Assembly (NCBI GenBank): GCA_964475905.1
Contig: CAYYXX010000002.1
Span: 1-47,533 of the forward strand
Direction of reading: 5' to 3'
Source of the DNA: an uncultured Clostridium sp.
Lineage (GTDB): Bacteria > Bacillota_I > Bacilli_A > RF39 > UBA660
DNA: 47,533 nt
The position numbers and the translations under genes are program-made. This document shows positions 45,524 to 47,533 of the stretch, piece by piece (position 1 is the stretch's first letter; every line of letters begins with the position of its first letter). The notes under the pieces are model-generated. The model was not told where the DNA came from. It saw only the letters and a program-made list of their open reading frames with translations, and did no database searches.

Positions 45524-46937
45524 TTATATTCCTACAATTGGTTTAGAAGTTCATTGTGAGCTTAAAAGTAATAGTAAAAATTTTAGTTCTAGTAAGAATG
45601 GTTTAGGGGATGTTAATACTAATTTGTCAGTGGTTGATATTGGATATCCGGGGGTTCTTCCATGTGTTAATAAAGAGGCTGTTCGTGCAAGTATAATGGT
45701 TGCTTTAGCACTTAATTGTAAGATTCCTAAAATACTTACTTTTGATAGAAAGAATTATTATTATCCTGATTTACCTAAAGGGTATCAGATTACGCAGTTT
45801 GGTAGTCCTATTGGTACTGATGGTTTTGTTATGATTAGTGATGCTGGTGTTATGAAGAAGATTTTTATTCATGATACACATTTAGAAGAAGATACTGCTA
45901 ATATGGATCATTTGAGTAATTATTCTTTGATTGATTATAATAGAGCAGGTGTTCCGCTTTTGGAGACTGTAACTGAGCCTTGTATTAGTTCTTCTAGAGA
46001 GGCTATTCTTTATCTTGAAGCTCTTAGAAATATTTTCTTGTATTTGGATGTTAGTGATGCGAGAGCGGATTTGGGGCAGATTAGGGTTGATGTTAATGTT
46101 TCTTTGAGAAAAGAAGAGGATAGTGAGCTTGGTACGAGAGTGGAGATTAAGAATATTAATTCTTTTACTACGGTTCGGGAAGTTATTGATGTTGAAATTG
46201 AAAGACAAAGGATTATTCTTGAAGCTGGTGGAGTTATTGAGCAGGAGACTAGAAGGTATGATGAGAGTAATAAAACTACAGTGTTTATGAGGGGGAAAGC
46301 TGATGCTGTTGATTATAAGTATTATACTGAGCCTAATATTCCTCCTATTAGATTAAGAGATGATTTTATTAATGAGATTAGTAGTGTTATGCCTATACTT
46401 GAATTTGAAAGGAAATGTAAGTATATTAAAGAGTATGGTATTAGTGAGGTTGATGCTTCTACTTTGACTAAAGATAAGAGGTTATCTGATTATTTTGAGA
46501 GTATTGTTAGTAGTGGGGCTTCACCTAGGGAGACTGCTAATATATTAGTGGGATTCTTACTTGGATATTTGAATAAAAATTTTAAGTCGATTGATGATGT
46601 TACTGTTACTGGTAGTGATTTTAGTGTGATTATTAAAATGATGTGTGATGGTAAGATTTCTAATAAGCAGGTTCGTGATATTCTTACTAAGGCTTTAGAT
46701 GATAATATTAATGTTCTTGATGTGGCTAAGGAAGAGGGGACTCAAATTAGTGATAAGGAAGAGATTAGAGGTATTGTTTGTGAGGTGTTTAGGGATAATC
46801 CTAAGGTTATTGATGATTATAGGGCTGGTAAGAATGTTAATGGGTTTATTATGGGGCTTATTATGAAAAAAACTGGTGGTAAGGTTAATCCTGCTACTAC
46901 TAATGTGGTTCTTAGGGAGGAACTTGATAAGTTATAA
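45516..46937 (+). CDS. gatB: Asp/Glu-tRNA(Asn/Gln) amidotransferase subunit B
   Basis: MSNYIPTIGLEVHCELKS..., and a GatB/YqeY C-terminal domain. The start is Met12 of the track ORF, overlapping the gatA stop by 8 nt. Confidence 0.95.
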   Translation: MSNYIPTIGLEVHCELKSNSKNFSSSKNGLGDVNTNLSVVDIGYPGVLPCVNKEAVRASIMVALALNCKIPKILTFDRKNYYYPDLPKGYQITQFGSPIGTDGFVMISDAGVMKKIFIHDTHLEEDTANMDHLSNYSLIDYNRAGVPLLETVTEPCISSSREAILYLEALRNIFLYLDVSDARADLGQIRVDVNVSLRKEEDSELGTRVEIKNINSFTTVREVIDVEIERQRIILEAGGVIEQETRRYDESNKTTVFMRGKADAVDYKYYTEPNIPPIRLRDDFINEISSVMPILEFERKCKYIKEYGISEVDASTLTKDKRLSDYFESIVSSGASPRETANILVGFLLGYLNKNFKSIDDVTVTGSDFSVIIKMMCDGKISNKQVRDILTKALDDNINVLDVAKEEGTQISDKEEIRGIVCEVFRDNPKVIDDYRAGKNVNGFIMGLIMKKTGGKVNPATTNVVLREELDKL

Positions 46938-46942
46938 AGTGA

Positions 46943-46973
46943 GTTGTCAACAGATGTTGTTGATAACTTTTTT
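46943..46973 (+). terminator. Rho-independent terminator after gatB
   Basis: 9-bp stem GTTGTCAAC / GTTGATAAC (one G-U pair) with a 7-nt loop, followed by T6. Confidence 0.65.
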
Positions 46974-47034
46974 CTGTTTTGGGGTATTTTTTTGTTAAAA
47001 ATGAATAAAATATTAAAAAAAGTTAAAAAAGCAC

Positions 47035-47063
47035 TTGATTAGTTTAAAAAAATGTTATATACT
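47035..47063 (+). promoter_or_regulatory. Sigma-A promoter of tRNA-Asn
   Basis: TTGATT, 17-nt spacer, TATACT. It lies about 22 nt upstream of the mature tRNA 5' end. Confidence 0.45.
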
Positions 47064-47085
47064 TAGTAAGTCAGGTGAGACAAGT

Positions 47086-47161
47086 GGCCAATTAGCTCAG
47101 TCGGTAGAGCACTCGGCTGTTAACCGATAGGTCGTAGGTTCGAGCCCTACATTGGCCGCCA
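47086..47161 (+). tRNA. tRNA-Asn (anticodon GUU), CCA encoded
   Basis: Hand-folded cloverleaf. Acceptor stem GGCCAAT / ATTGGCC. D arm GCTC-AGTCGGTA-GAGC. Anticodon arm CTCGG-CTGTTAA-CCGAT, with GTT at 47119-47121 and one C-U mismatch at the top of the stem. Variable loop AGGTC. T arm GTAGG-TTCGAGC-CCTAC. Discriminator G, then CCA. Total 76 nt. Confidence 0.93.
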
Positions 47162-47171
47162 TTAGTATATT

Positions 47172-47200
47172 AAGACTTTACTTATGTAGGGTCTTTTTTT
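47172..47200 (+). terminator. Rho-independent terminator after tRNA-Asn
   Basis: 10-bp stem AAGACTTTAC / GTAGGGTCTT (two G-U pairs) with loop TTAT, followed by T7. Confidence 0.7.
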
Positions 47201-47533
47201 GTTGCAGTATGAGCCTATATAAATATAGTCTCATTACTGTTATTTTAAGCCAATGGGATTGTCTTAAAATAATATCTATTATATATAAGCTAGTTACTAT
47301 TTATTTTGATGTTATTTGGTATGAATATTTTATATAAGAATGAAAAGCAAGTTATAGATAATAATACTTTGGTTGCGGTTACTATTTTAATTGCTGAGTC
47401 TAATCATATTAATAGAAAAGTAATACTTAAGACATTATCACAAATTAATCATAATTTTTATGGGAAATTGTCGGATTGTTGTGAATAATTAACAAAAATG
47501 TCATATACTTTTATATTAAATAATTAGCAAAAA

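Noticed and set aside
47152-47337. 61-codon + strand ORF that starts inside the tRNA-Asn acceptor stem.
   Set aside because: It overlaps the tRNA 3' end and its terminator, so it is spurious.
1-47533. Alternative genetic code (UGA=Trp, as in Mollicutes), suggested by the very low GC content.
   Set aside because: TGA is the stop codon of several conserved genes (the carD-like gene at 3101-3103, the M23 peptidase at 9584-9586, yycJ, yabQ). All conserved proteins are full length under the standard code.
1-47533. CRISPR arrays, IS elements or transposases, integrases, prophage blocks, rRNA operons, an oriC-like DnaA-box cluster.
   Set aside because: I recognised none by eye. The only repeats I found are the fic-flanking direct repeats, short palindromes and terminator hairpins. 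The visual scan was not exhaustive, so a k-mer or repeat finder and a DnaA-box (TTATCCACA) search should be run.

Overview
This is a 47.5-kb chromosomal segment from a very AT-rich, endospore-forming Bacillota (Firmicutes) genome. It uses the standard genetic code, since TGA terminates conserved genes. The combination of an RpoE delta subunit with spoIVA, yabP, yabQ, yabG and spoVG suggests a Bacilli- or Erysipelotrichia-like lineage; that is inference only. I call 57 protein-coding loci: 35 on the + strand and 22 on the - strand, one of which is frameshifted. I also call one tRNA-Asn(GUU), one Tyr-specific T-box leader, and a set of hand-identified promoters, terminators and repeats. The content is mostly core housekeeping: rpsF-ssb-rpsR, rplI-dnaB, M23 peptidase-yycJ-rlmH, rsmA-yabG-veg, spoVG, yabP-yabQ-divIC, ftsH, tilS, tyrS, prfA-prmC, a class A PBP, DUF1934-argS-rpoE, hup, spoIVA, der, engB and gatCAB. 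I saw no rRNA, CRISPR array, transposase or integrase. I could not identify a convincing multi-gene novel system. The best second-look candidates are: (1) a single-gene Fic cassette bracketed by 29-nt perfect direct repeats, compositionally distinct, inserted between an amidotransferase gene and the spoIVA promoter, and carrying a 4-copy operator-like motif array. (2) A roughly 397-codon gene of unknown function split at a (TA)4 tract. (3) An orphan pair of DUF2229 (acyl-CoA dehydratase activase-related) genes with no ATPase partner. (4) A CI/LexA-like repressor whose catalytic Lys appears to be Arg, encoded at the end of a tandem VUT-transporter operon. (5) Extreme strand-specific composition and codon usage. 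Sub-gene coordinates were indexed by hand and may be off by 1-2 nt.
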